Positions 1 to 14,451 of a DNA stretch of 64,000 bases are shown here, one piece after another (the first letter of the stretch is position 1; the number at the start of each line of letters is the position of its first letter). The stretch spans positions 306,900,001-306,964,000 of the forward strand of contig OZ024741.1 in NCBI GenBank assembly GCA_964016885.1, read 5' to 3'. The position numbers and the translations under genes are program-made. This DNA is from Eledone cirrhosa. Taxonomy: Eukaryota. Below the pieces are notes generated by a model. It did not search any database, was not told the DNA's origin, and worked only from the letters and a program-made list of their open reading frames with translations.

Positions 1-122
1 GGTTGGTGTTAGGAAGGGCATCCAGCTGTAGAAAACCTGCCAGACAGTCCTATACGGGCGAAACACGGTCACCCAACCAATCTTGCCTCATGTAGGACAA
101 TTCCCGTCTAAACGATGATGAT
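1..122 (+). mobile_element. RTE LINE 3' tail fragment
   Basis: ggttggtgttaggaagggcatccagc...taaacgatgatgat, the same tail as at 945-1099. Confidence 0.75.
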
Positions 123-229
123 AATAAATATATATATATAGAATATATATATATATAGAATATATATATATAGAATATATATACATAGAATATATATATA
201 TAGAATATATATATATATAGAGAGAGAGA

Positions 230-1099
230 AAGCTTATACCACTATTAGTCGCTAAAGGGTACTCCCTAAAAATGAAAGGCAGGTTGTATTATGCCTGCAT
301 ACGAACAGCAATGTTGCATGGCAGTGAGACATGGGCATTGTGTGCAGAGGATATACGCAGACTAGAGAGGAACGAAGCGTGCATGCTCCGCTGGATGTGC
401 AATAGTAATATACGTGAACGGCAAAGCATAAACGAACTAAGGAAAAAATTAGAAATAAGAGGGATAAGATGTTATTTACTCGAGAGAAGGCTACGTTGGA
501 ATGGTCACGTGATGCGCATGAAAGACGACAGCTGTATAACAAAGTGCAGGGCAATAAAGATAGACGGTAGCCACGGAGTAGGCAGACCCAGAAAAACCTG
601 GGACGAGCTGATAAATTCCGACCTCACACACTTACACCTCTCCAAGACAATGTCACTGGACCGAGACCTTTGGCGGTACTCAGTAATAGAGAAGACCCGC
701 CTTACCTAAATACAAAGTAAAACCTACTACAGCCAGTAGGCATCTCTAACAAAATACACCCCCGTCCCACCACCCCCACCCCATCCACACCGCCCCTTTC
801 AATGTAAAGTTATGTTGGTGCCACAACATCCAGGCCGAAACAAATGAGATCGTGTAGGTGTCACGACAAAAAACACACAGTCCACGCTGTAATGTGGCCG
901 TGTAGGCAACACGGTAAAAACCTCCCAGTCCACACTGTAAATGTGGTTGGTGTTAGGAAGGGCATCCAGCTGTAGAAAACCCGCCAGACAGTCCTATGCG
1001 AGCAATCACAACCACTCTTGCCTCAAGTGGGAAAACTCCCGTCCAAACACATGCAAGCGTGGAACATGGACGTTAAACGATGATGGTGATGATGATGAT
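230..1099 (+). mobile_element. 5'-truncated RTE-clade LINE (subfamily B): ORF C-terminus, 3' UTR and (GAT)n tail
   Basis: ORF 272-709 with MLHGSETW, RRLRWNGHVMRM and GRPRKTW; ends gttaaacgatgatggtgatgat followed by (TA)n. Confidence 0.9.
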
Positions 1100-1640
<541 letters not shown>

Positions 1641-1728
1641 TATACTCTACTACCTTAAGTATTGAGTACTCTGGTGCATTATGGTCCATCTGGTTCCTTA
1701 CAACAACTCCTTCGATATATATATATAT

Positions 1729-1771
<43 letters not shown>

Positions 1772-1776
<5 letters not shown>

Positions 1777-1982
1777 AACAAGTAAGACCCCGACGGCTGA
1801 GCTCAACCCATTTCGACGGCTAATTCTGGACCGACGGCTAATTTGGTCCAGAATTAGCCGTTCAAACGGCTTGAGCTCAGCCGTCGGGGTCTTACTTATT
1901 CCTATTACCCACTCTACTACCCTAAGTATTGAGTACTTTGGTGCGTTATGGTCCACCTGGTTCCTTACCACATTTCCTTCGT
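1772..1982 (+). mobile_element. Fold-back Penelope-like terminal repeat remnant with hammerhead 3' half
   Basis: 1772-1905 is an inverted repeat containing stem II, stem III cggct-tgagctc-agccg, TC and ggggtc; related copies at 40381-40552, 1642-1713, 38793-38820 and 28795-28840 (end of a GIY-YIG element). Confidence 0.6.
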
Positions 1983-2052
1983 TATATATATATATATATA
2001 AATAAATATGCAATATATATACATTAGATATACAATATATATACATATATAT

Positions 2053-2127
<75 letters not shown>

Positions 2128-2131
<4 letters not shown>

Positions 2132-3017
2132 AAGTGTTAAAACGATCAAATTTTAGTTTAGAACATTTATTAGCTGACAATTATTTCTTCCAGAGGGAAG
2201 TCTGGAATCATCGGAGCATAAGGAATGTCGAAAACATGTAACTAGATTCCTAGTCATTTAGAACATTTAAGGTACATAGTTGTTACCTTAGAAAAGATAA
2301 TTTACAGATAAAAAATGTATAAGATAATATACCTACAATAACAACATGGCCAGTAATTCGGAGGGATTTACATTTAACAAACAAACACCTATTGACTATA
2401 AACAACTTAAAATAATCCCATGGTTAAAAGCTGTGAGTAACAAACAACATACACACATACATACGAACTACAACACAAAAACACTTAAATGAAAATCACA
2501 TACCCAACTCTATCTAGTGCTTTACATTACACCTTACATAAAAAATACCTACATTATTACCACATGCCTCTCTAACAAATTGCACACTATCTTAAACATT
2601 TATAACAAATATAACATGCTTTAACACCCACACAAAATATGTTTATTTCAACTGAATTATAACTCTTTCCTCATACATGCCTTATTGACTCCTGCATTGT
2701 ACACCAATTGCCCTTGCTTATAACTTCTTTCCCTGTGTTTTTTTTGCCTGTGGATTTTACTTTTACTTACACTCCTAACCAGTGCTGCCTGTAATTGTGT
2801 TATTTCAAGCGGAATATCTTTGTAACTCCTGAATCTCCACATGATGCCTTTGACAATAATAACAACTATGTACCCTAAATGTTCTAAATGACTAGGATTC
2901 TAGTTACACGTTTTCAACATTCCTTATGCTCCGATGATTCCAGACTTCCCTCTGGAAGAAACAATTGTCAGCTAATAAATGTTCTAAACTAAAATTTGAT
3001 CGTTTTAACACTTTGTA
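2128..3017. mobile_element. Non-coding element with ~157-bp terminal inverted repeats, each containing a hammerhead-like motif
   Basis: 2128-2285 is the reverse complement of 2860-3017. Confidence 0.75.
2928..2972 (+). ncRNA. Type I hammerhead-like motif (U4C variant); mirror copy 2173-2217 on minus
   Basis: gct CCGATGA ttccaga-cttccc-tctggaa GAAA caattg TC agc. Confidence 0.65.
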
Positions 3018-3372
3018 TCTCGGCTTTGTAAAACACTTGAAAATTGGCATTGAGCCTTGTGTCATACCGGTAACCGGCTAGTACTTAGTACTACGCTACA
3101 TATTTATAGTTGTATTAAACATATATAAATATAAATATAAATATTATTATATATATATATATATAAATTTTGAGTATATGTTGGTTGTTTACCAACACCT
3201 CAGTATGCAGATTGGAGAGGGTCCTATGACGCCGAAATTCGTTTGTTCTAACCCATATGATTCCAGTTCCTCAGAGAAATAACAACAACCAGGAGCTGGA
3301 CAAATTGTTGTATTGACGGAGTAAAACACACTTCAACAACATGTGTACCTGCCTTTCCCACACCAATTTGAA

Positions 3373-3425
3373 CTGCCTGAAGAGGTCACAGCCAATGATG
3401 GCTGTCACCGAAATATATATAGCCG
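3373..3425 (+). ncRNA. Type I hammerhead-like motif with weak stem I
   Basis: ctgc CTGAAGA ggtcacagcca-atga-tggctgtcacc GAAA tatata TA gccg. Confidence 0.55.
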
Positions 3426-3502
3426 CATAAGTTATAATAAACAAAGCCAAATTTTACATATTTGACATAATTATTTTATTTTATTTTTATATATATATAT
3501 AT

Positions 3503-3570
3503 ATATTAAAATAACAGATTAAAGTTAAAGCAGCGATTCTTTGCTTAAACTTTAATCTGTTATTTTAATA
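3503..3570. repeat. Hairpin/inverted repeat between TA runs
   Basis: tattaaaataacagattaaagtt...aactttaatctgttattttaata. Confidence 0.7.
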
Positions 3571-3634
3571 AATATTTGCTCTACGGTTCTTATATATTTG
3601 ATATATCGAGCCCTCTTTGGATTTTAGTCTTCAA

Positions 3635-3714
<80 letters not shown>

Positions 3715-3769
3715 GTGAGGTTTTTTTTACAAAATGAAAAATAACCGAGGTGTCCTACACGAGTGAAAG

Positions 3770-4352
<583 letters not shown>

Positions 4353-4921
4353 AGTCAGATATTTCAAATTATTAAGATGAGTATGCAAATGAGGTTGAGG
4401 TATAGGGCTGAAAAAACGTTATTTTTAGACGCTATGTAGATTTAAATAATTAAGATATATGTATGTATGAGTAGTAAGAAGAAAAAGAAAGAAAGAAGAG
4501 CTTGTAGTTACGTTAATTTAAAAAGAATTAACAATTTGTAGGAATGGTGGGATATGATTCCAGATTTTAAAAATTATTTAGCTATATTATGAGTTATAAT
4601 ATTCTATATATAATCAATTATATTATATGAAGAATTATGGTTGTAAGTACATTTTATCTTATTATATTACAACAGGTTGTAAGTATATAAATATCTATAT
4701 AGATTAATAATTGTGCAAGTATAAGTATTGTTGGTGATTTTATATAAATAGAAATTGAAATAAGTCACTATTATTAGTTGTTTACATTTCTCATATGAGT
4801 TACGTAGGATATTGATTTTCCATTTCTGATTTGTCTTCCCTTTTCCTTCACTATCCAGGAAAAACTTGAACCGTTAAGGTATTTTTTTCTGGTTATGTCA
4901 ATATTTATAAAACAAACTTTG

Positions 4922-4980
4922 TATTTTATATGACGAGAGCATACCAAAGTTTTGGTACTCTTGAAATATATATAATAGAA
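4922..4980 (+). ncRNA. Degenerate hammerhead (C3A) of the 13.6/14.4 kb family
   Basis: tattttat ATGACGA gagcatacca..tggtactctt GAAA tatata TA atagaa; flanks match 14313-14490. Confidence 0.55.
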
Positions 4981-5020
4981 AAAATATGGTTTTATTATTA
5001 TAGTTTCCATTTATTAAATA

Positions 5021-5603
5021 CTAGCAGTGGTATCCGGCATTGCACGGGATAAGGTATTTTGGAACGCGGGCCGCCAATAGACCTAAAAACTGCATGCCTG
5101 GACAATATGTAAAGAAAATAAACCGAATATTCTGATGGCTGGATAATCTTTAAGATTTTCCTCAATGAAGCAGGAAAAATGCAGGTTTTCACCTAATGCG
5201 GGCCCTAGGGGATCAAGAAAATGAATTTTTTTTATGTGCATAATATGCCTTGAAATTTCGGGAAAATCGGCTCAACGTAACGCCTCCAAAAAGCCATAAG
5301 AAGCTGAAAAAATGAAGTTTTTCACCTAATGCGGGCGCTAGGTCATAAGAAAGTTGGATTTTCTTTGATTACGGTATGAAGAAGAGACTGACTAATACAT
5401 AGTTACAATTTCAAGGAAATCGGTCTGACGTAACGCCTAAAAAAACCCCTAAAAATGTTAAACAACGCAATTTTTCACCTAATGCGGGCCCTAGGAGATA
5501 AAAAAAGTTTTTTATGTGCATAACACTCCCTGAAACATAAGTAATACACATGTAAAGATTGAAAAAAATCGGTTGGGTAATTCTCAAGTTTTAGGGATTC
5601 AAA

Positions 5604-5669
<66 letters not shown>

Positions 5670-5972
5670 TCCCCAAGGAAGTGACGTAATGAAGACAGTC
5701 AGACATACAGACAGATATTATAAGGGCGCAACGTTATAAGTATGTATCTATCTAAAAAGAGAAAGACTAAGAATTATAGAACGAGATCGCTAAATCGCCT
5801 AATGTGGTCCCTGGGGCATAGAAACTTTGAAATTTCTTTTGCTCAGAACACTCCCTGAGACATAAGTATTACATGTGTAAAGTTTGAAAACAGTCGGTTG
5901 GGTGGTTCTCGAGTTTTAGGGATTCGAACTCACACACACACAGACAGACATCGACAGTTTTATATATATAGA
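5021..5972 (-). mobile_element. Non-autonomous Helitron
   Basis: Minus strand begins TCTATATATATAAAA and ends with hairpin tatcccg..ccggata plus CTAG; inserted between A and T; internal subrepeats ttcacctaatgcgggc. Confidence 0.85.
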
Positions 5973-6114
5973 TCATTGAATATTATACTCCAGAAAACTT
6001 GTTGAGTGCTTTGAATCAGTTATAAACATTTATATTTTTTGAATTACCAACAAATTGAATATCCCTTTTGCTTATATATATACAATATATATATATGTAT
6101 ACAATATATATATA

Positions 6115-8100
6115 TCTTTATATATATAAAAGCGAGGATGTGTGTGTGTCTGTGTACCATTTTGCATACTTAGGGCTTTTACAATTACCAACTGAATTTG
6201 ACCAAATTTTGTGTGCACGTTGCACATGTCGCTAAGATTGTCACATCACAAACATTTTTCAAATCTACCCACGTTGAGCAATAAAAAATCGATATCATAA
6301 TTATCGGTAGAAAAATTGATGTAAGGAGATAACAAACTTTATTGACAATCCTTATAAAAAAGGGAGATAGCCAACTTTTCAGAAATATAAACATCACATT
6401 CATTTGAAGATAAATCACTAATATTATCGTTTATTTCTTGTTTATTTTTTTTTGCACTTTCAAAGTTAAAAAAACACTTGTTGTTTTAACTTGTTTCACT
6501 ATATTAAGTCTTAATTTTCGCGTTAAGGGCCTAATCTCGCAGCAGTCTCGAATTGACGAGACTTTGATGATGGTTTGTTTATTTTCAGAACAATCGTTAT
6601 GGGACTTTCCATTCAAACCATTTTTAAAACTTTCATAAGCCATGTTGATACAAAAAAAAAATTATTGCACTTTCAAAGTTAACTGTAACGCTTCAATTCA
6701 TACATTTTGACTTTACAACTTTTCACCAAATATGAATTGAAGCGTTACAGTTAACTTTGAAAGCGCAAACATTTTTTTTTTAACTTTGAAAGTATGTACA
6801 TATTGGCTATCGGTCGAAGAAAACAATGCGTGTAAATGACGCTCCGCCCATAACCGAAAATAGACAATCACTAAATGCAGTGAGTACAGCTATTGCAACA
6901 TCTTTGTCCGCCACTCAGCGTCGGTTAGTGCGGCGAAGCAATAATGCTAAAGCAACTGCTGCAGCACGAGCTGCAGATACTACAGAGCAACGTGAAACAC
7001 GCCTTGCTATCGATGCTACAGATACTGCTGCAACAAGATCTGCAGAGACAGTACAACAATATGAAAGACGCCGTGCGCGTAATGCTTCAGCTAATGTTGC
7101 AGCAAGAGCAATTGAGACTGAGCAAGAACGTCAAAGTCGACATTTGAGAAATGCTTCATCTACTGCTACGACACAAGCTGTAGAGACTGTAACAAGTCGA
7201 GCTATTCGGCTGGAGGGTAACGCTCAACGTAGAGCTTTATCGCAGGGTATTTCAAAGGCATCACGCTCACGATGGTACCTTAAGGCAGTTAATTATGACC
7301 CTAATGTAAACTATCAAATCCATCCTGATATTCAAATATATGCCATGTCAAATACTTGCCAACATTGTAAAGCTAAAAAGTGTGTGGGGGGGGGGGGGGG
7401 CGATCAGCTGGAATGTGCTGCTCCAACGGTAAGGTTAATTTGCCCACCGCAACCTCTCCAGATGCTTCTAACAGGTAAGCATTCACAATCACGTGATTTT
7501 CTGAAGCATATCCGTCAGTACAACATTGCGTTTAAAATGACCTCTTTCGGTGCAAAACGTCTGCTCGCGAGTTGGCAGTCGAGATAATCTCTTTGCGTTT
7601 GTTCCGAAAAGAAAAACAAAGAATATCGTATATCTTGAAGTGTTAACAAAAAAACTTATTACAGCTCTGCCTTGACTTAACCTTATGAATATGTCATGCA
7701 GGATATTTTGGATTATAAGTTTAAAATGTAACCATACACAGCAAAGAATGCTCTCAAAGAAGAGATTTTCTCTTATTCTACTCTCATTGTTTTTTTGTTT
7801 GTATACAACTCTGCTTTCATTACAACTTGTTGTACTTTAGCAAAACTGCCTGTTTTTTTACAGATTTGCAACGTTTATTGTTTTTAATCATTTGTATAAC
7901 TACATCCTGTTCAGTGTTTTCCCTCATTATCAGCACAGTTTTATGTGTACAAACATTGCACTAAATATTCGTTTGCATTAATTATTGAAGACTTCTCCTT
8001 ATTTTGACAGGTTGGGGACAAATAATGTTCTTCTTTTACTTCCTAGCTGTATATTCTTAGCATAATTTCAAACCCCGAGCAACGCCGGGTAAATCTGCTA

Positions 8101-8101
<1 letters not shown>
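6115..8101 (+). mobile_element. Internally deleted Helitron
   Basis: 5' TCTTTATATATATAAAA; 3' cccgagcaacgccggg hairpin plus CTAG; A|T insertion site. Confidence 0.85.
6826..7587 (+). pseudogene. Helitron RepHel N-terminal fragment
   Basis: R/A-rich repeats, CQHCKAKK then GMCCSNGKV across a poly-G frameshift, and FLKHIRQYNIAFKMTSFGA, typical of Helitron Rep N-termini. Confidence 0.8.
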
Positions 8102-8153
<52 letters not shown>

Positions 8154-8322
8154 ATTCAAGAGTAACCAATCTTAAAGAGAGAGATGGAGATAGGAGAGGA
8201 GAAGAGAGATTGGTGAATTAGTTAGAAGCCAAAGTGTAAAGGCATGTGCTCAATGTGCAATATGCAGTGGAAGGCAACTCGGTGGCTGGATTCATGCAGA
8301 GGTTAGGTGCACAGAGCTGGAA

Positions 8323-8851
8323 ATATTCATTAGTTAAGAAAAACAAGACCACAAATTTCACAAGGAAGACATTATTAAAGGATTGTCAACATAGTTTTAG
8401 TTTCATGTAAGGAATGTAGAGAATAATAATAATAATATTAATAATATCCGTTTACAATTGTTTCACTAATCCATATAATGTTTCTGGATCAAATGATTAT
8501 AGATCATTATTGATCTGGATAAGTTGAAGATAATTAACTTAGGTACAATTAGAGCAGCTCATCGGAACTTCAAAAAGAGTATAACTTAAAATAAAGAAAG
8601 AATGTTACATGAATGTAATATTCCATATATTGGTATTTCACTATGGTATCCTGGGTATATCTATTGTCTGCCATAGTAGAGCAATATTCTTCTGTCGAGG
8701 TTGCATTGTGTGAGATCTGCCTATGGATAATATAATTTTATTATTATTATTCTCTACATTCCTTACATGAAACTAAAACTATGTTGACAATCTTTTAATA
8801 ATGTCTTCCTTGCGAAATTTGTGGTCTTGTTTTGCTTAACTAATGAATATA
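8323..8851. repeat. ~115-bp inverted repeats around a ~300-bp spacer
   Basis: 8323-8440 is the reverse complement of 8737-8851. Confidence 0.75.
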
Positions 8852-8866
8852 TATATATACTATATA

Positions 8867-8934
<68 letters not shown>

Positions 8935-9475
8935 ATATATATGAAAATGTATATATGATAAATATACATACAATATATATAAATATATATATATACAATA
9001 TATATGAATATGTATATATGATAAATATACATACAATATATATAAATATATATATATACAATATATATATATATATACAATATATATATACAATATATAT
9101 ATACAATATATATATATACATATATACAATATATATATATATAAATATATATTGTATATATGTATATATATATATATGTATATATATATATTGTATATAT
9201 ATATTGTATATATATATTGTATATATATATATTTATATATATTATATGTATATTTATGTAGAAAAGAGGACAAAACTCTGATTCCATCAGAGAAATGGCC
9301 ATGTTCAATATGCAGAAAAGGAACTGACCAAAATTCTATATATGTATTTTGTATATATATAATTATATTGTATATATATGTATATTGTATATATATATAC
9401 ATACAATATATATATATATATATATACAATATACATATATATACAATATAATTATTTATATACAAAATACATATA

Positions 9476-11970
9476 TAGAATTTTGGTCAGTTCCTTTTCT
9501 GCATATTGAACATGGCCATTTCTCTGACGGAATCAGAGTTTTGTCCTCTTTTCTACTCATCAACACTTTTGTCTTAGCTAGGTTCACTCTCAGTCCCCTT
9601 GATTCCAACTGCTGTTTCCATAGCCGGAATTTATTCTCTAGCTCCTCTACTGATTCTGCTATAAGCACCAGATCATCAGCATAGAGAAGTTCCCATGGAC
9701 AGCCAGTCTTAAACTCCTCTGACTATAATGAACAAGAGCGGGCTGAGGACCGAACCCTGATGTACTCCTACTTGTATCTGTAATTCCTCACTAAATTCCA
9801 TTCCAACCCTGACTTTACTGAGAATACCTCTGTACAAAGTTTGCACTGTCCTCACAAGCCATTCCTCAACACCTAGTTTCCTTAGGGACCACCAGATGAC
9901 AGATCGGGGTGCCCTATCAAAGGCCTTCTCTAAGTTAATAAAGGCTAAGTATAGTGGCTTATTCTTCTCTAAGAACCTCTCTTGTAATTGTCTCGCCAAG
10001 AAGAGGGCATCTGTTCTACTTTTCCCAGGCACAAAACCAAACTACATCACATCTAGTTTGACCCTTTCTCTAATTAGTTATGCTAATAACCTTTCTGCCA
10101 CTTTCAAACCTGATCCATCAGTTTTATACCCCTATAATTGCTCCTCTCCAGGGCATCCCCTTTAACTTTGTAGCAATTTATGAGAATACTGCTGCAACAG
10201 TCTTTGGGTATGACATCACCATATATAGCCTGATTTATGATGCGTGCAACCAGTTTAGTGCCTATGTCCCCTGATGCCTTCAGCATCTCAGCAACTATCC
10301 CCGACGGTCCAGCAGCCTTACCATTTTTCATTTCCTTAATCGCCTCTTGGACCCTATATTCGTCAATCTCAATAGCTGGTCCCTCTGTCGGATCTACTGA
10401 GGGTAATTTCTCTCTCTTCCATTCGTTCTTCACTTTCATCAGTCTCTCATAATGACTTTTCCAGGCCTCCTTTTTCTGATCATTCGTCACACTAAGTACA
10501 CCGGACACATTTATCGCCAACAACATCCTGATTTGCATTGACACACTGCCTTACAATGTGGAACACTGCATGCCTCTGATCTTCCCGTCGCAGAACATTG
10601 GCAAACCTCCTACTCTCAGCCTCCCTGCGTGCTAAGTACACCTGACGTCTAGCTTCTCTCTTAGCGGCTGTATATCTTTCTCTACTCCCACCCTTTTTCC
10701 AAGCCTTCCATGCTAGTCTTTTGTCTCTAATGGCCTTATCTACTGTGCTGTTCCACCACCAGGTCACTCTCTGTCTGGTTGAAGCTCTGCTCCAGCCACA
10801 AGTTTGATCAGTAGCCTGCAGTAAGTTGTCACGTAAGAAATTCCAGTTATTATCTATGTCATACGTCTCTAAATCGTCTTCTTTTACGTCATACACATCT
10901 TGAAGGGCTTTCCTAAATTTGTATTTTAGTGAAAGGTCTCTTAGCTTCGAGAACTTTCTTCTCCACACCTTCCTGTATGTCTCATTCCATCTCTTGCTTA
11001 CTGAGATATCACTAACGACTAACCCATGCTGTGGGGTACATTCTTCCCCAGGATATGCCTTAGTATTTGACACCAACTGCCTGTCCCGCTGCCTAACTAC
11101 TAAGAAGTCAATCTGGCTTATGTGCTCGCCTGATTTGTAGGTTATTAGGTGGTTGGCAGGTTTCTGGAAGTTAGTGCTGCAAATAGTCAGTGTTCTTGCA
11201 TCACAAAATTCAAGAAGTCTCACTCTTTCTTCATTTCTTGAGCCGTAACCGTGCCCACCATGTACCCCAGTGTAACCATCCTGGAGCTGTCCAACATGAC
11301 AATTGAAGTCCCTTGCTAGCATAACGATGTCTCCGTCCTCTGTCATTGCGGTTGTTTGTAAAAGTTGCTTGTAAAAGCAGTCTTTCTCTTCTTTGCCTAG
11401 GCCTGCCTGGGGAGCATAGGCAGAGATGATTGTCAGTAGTCTCCTCCCTACAACTAATTTAAGCTTAATTATTCGATTACTAACTCGAACTACCTCTATT
11501 GTCTTATTAATCCATCTCTCAGCCAGGAAAATGCCTACTTCCCCTAACCCATCATCCTTACCTACCCAGAAAAGCTTATAGTTAGCGTGCGACTAGTCTC
11601 GCAGAGGCACCTCTCCATCTCACCTCTTGCACGCAGCACACATCCACCTGCCTTCTCTCCAGCATCTCCGCTATTTCAGCAGATCTACCTGTGAGAAATC
11701 CAACATTAAGTGCTGCAACTCTGAGATGCGACATCTTCATATTTTGTTGTTCCTATATACTTGTTGCTGTGCTTATAATCATTTTGGCATTGATACACTG
11801 GTTGGATGCCCTTCCTAACACCAGCTCCACTTTACAGCATGGACTGGGTGCTTTTATTTGTGCCACCAGCACTAGAGATGATGTCTTACTGGACTCATGT
11901 CCCTCTCTACCCCTCCATTTTACAGCATGGTCATAAAAAAAAACAAAAATAAAACCACTTATTGACACTC
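9476..11970 (-). mobile_element. RTE LINE subfamily A, 3'-truncated (APE and RT), with frameshifts
   Basis: APE motifs SAYAPQ, DFNCHVG, SQIDF; RT motifs NYRGIKL, VHQGSVLSPLLF, YADDL. Confidence 0.92.
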
Positions 11971-12258
11971 ATGGCACACACACACTCATTCACACACCAA
12001 CATTCAGGCATACAAACACACAGGCCACTCACACAACAACAATCATGCATACAAACACACACACGCCACTCACACACACACACACATACATATATATTAC
12101 CGTCAGTACTTATACAAAATCATGTCAACTGTTGACTTTTCCAGTTCAGTTTTTATATAATAATAATAATTGTTTGCTTTACGGCAACGGCTATCCACTC
12201 TCTGGGCCCCCCAAAAAAGGGCACCAGCAATGCGCTGGGACAATCGCTGCCCCGTGCC

Positions 12259-12321
<63 letters not shown>

Positions 12322-12330
12322 TAGATATAT

Positions 12331-12365
<35 letters not shown>

Positions 12366-12369
<4 letters not shown>

Positions 12370-12720
12370 TCATCATCATCATCATCATTTTAAGCCCGCT
12401 TTTCCCTGCTTGCAAGGGTGGGACGGGTCCAATTCAGCACAGCGTCTCTCCACTTGTCACGGTCCTTTGTTATCTCCACCGTGAGCTTCAGCGATCTGAG
12501 GTCTGCTCTCACCACCTCCGCCCATGTTTTTCGTGGTCTTCTTCTACTACTTCTTCCTTCAACTAGCATATCCATACCATCGCAGTCTCCTCTCCTCCAC
12601 ACAACAATTTATCCTTCTCAGACACAGTTTCTTTCTCAACACATCCATGCTCGGCCGTTCACGCACATTGACATTGCACATCCAATGGAGCATGCTTGCC
12701 TCATTTCTCTCCAATCGTAG
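12366..12720 (-). mobile_element. RTE subfamily A 3' end
   Basis: RLERNEASML..RRPRKTWAEVV, (CAT)n tail on plus. Confidence 0.85.
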
Positions 12721-13028
12721 CAGACTGCGCAGACTGGAAAGGAACGAAGCATGCATGCTCCGTTGGATGTGTAATAGTAATATACGTGAACGGCAAAGCA
12801 TAAATGAACTAATTGAGAACTAAGCAGGAATAAGAGGGATCAGATGCTGTTTACTTGAGAGAAGACTACTAATGTGGCCGTGTAGGTAACACGGTAAGAA
12901 GTTCCAAGTTCCACACTGTAAATGTGGTTGGTATCACCCGACTAACCTTGCCTCAAGTGGGACAACTCCCGTCTAACCCATGCTAGCGTGGAAGATGGAC
13001 GTTAAACGAAGATGATGATGTTGATGAC
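12721..13028 (+). mobile_element. RTE subfamily B 3' end, internally deleted
   Basis: LRRLERNEACMLRWMCNSN, 3' UTR pieces and a GAT tail. Confidence 0.8.
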
Positions 13029-13264
13029 ATATATATAGAATATACATATATATACACACGATATATATATATACAATATATATAAATATATATACATATA
13101 TATATATATTCATCATCATTATCTTCGTTTAACATCCATCTTCCACATACAATATAAGTATATCTATGTACCAAATATATATATATGTTAGGTAATTCCG
13201 AAGGAAAAGGAATATATATCCAATATACATATACACAATATACAATATCATCATCATCATCATC

Positions 13265-13316
<52 letters not shown>

Positions 13317-13412
13317 AAGTAGAAGTGGTACTTAATTTGTTGAAAATATATGTTAGGTAATTCCGAAGGAAAAGCAATATATCTACAATTATACAATATC
13401 ATCATCATCATC

Positions 13413-13452
<40 letters not shown>

Positions 13453-13539
13453 AGAAGTTATATTTAAATTGTTGGGATACAACAAGCAAATATTTTTATA
13501 ACTGATATAAAGCACCCAACAAATTATTGGAGTAAAAAT

Positions 13540-13891
13540 ACGATATATTAACAAATGGAAACTATATTTATATAACCATATTTATTTCATTATACATATT
13601 TCAAGGACACCAAGTCTAATTATGGTGCGCTTTCATCAGATGAAATATAATATAGATCAGTTTTATAAATAAATATTGACATACCCTTAAAGAATGCGAC
13701 CATTTCTGTTGGAAGCTTCCAACAGAAATGGTCGCATTCTTTAAGGGTATGTCAATATTTATTTATAAAACTGATCTATATTATATTTTATCTTATGAAA
13801 GCGCACCATAATTTGACTTGGTGTCCTTGAAATATGTATAATGAAATAAATATGGTTTTATAAATATAGTTTCCATTTGTTAATATATCGT
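13540..13891. mobile_element. Spacerless 352-bp palindrome with a hammerhead motif in each arm
   Basis: Centre ggaag|cttcc at 13715/13716. Confidence 0.85.
13583..13647 (-). ncRNA. Type I hammerhead ribozyme (canonical core)
   Basis: Minus strand: tatttcat CTGATGA aagcgcacca..tggtgtcctt GAAA tatgta TA atgaaata; the mirror arm has CTTATGA. Confidence 0.8.
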
Positions 13892-14387
13892 GTATATATA
13901 TATATATAAATAAGAAGAAGTGGTATTTAATTTGTTGGAAATCCGACAAACAATATCCCTCATAACTCATTAAAACAATATGATATACCCATCTATTCAT
14001 TTATTTATTTATCTACTTATAACAGAAAATATTATATTAGAAACAAAATTTTAAACAACTAATAATCGTAAATACACGTACTATTACATATATACTTAGA
14101 ATATATTTCCCCCAAATTAACGTTATATGAATTTTATTCATCCTATCTTGTCTATTTCTTCTCTATCACTCTCGTAATATTGTTTATCTTTATCCCCTTA
14201 TATTTTTTCTCTCTCTCTTTCTCCAGTGTCATTTAAATAAACAGTTGTTTTTCAATTATTTACATATTCATTTGCATATTCACACATAAGTTTGAATAAT
14301 CCCTAATATATTTCCACTATCCAGTGAATTTCCAACAGATAAGGTATGATTTTCATGGGTATGGCTCTATTTATAAAACGAACTTTG

Positions 14388-14451
14388 TATTTTATCTGAT
14401 GAAAGCGTACCAACGTTGTCTTGGTACCCTTGAAATATATATAATAAAATA
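14388..14451 (+). ncRNA. Type I hammerhead ribozyme (canonical core)
   Basis: tattttat CTGATGA aagcgtaccaa-cgttgtc-ttggtaccctt GAAA tatata TA ataaaata. Confidence 0.85.
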
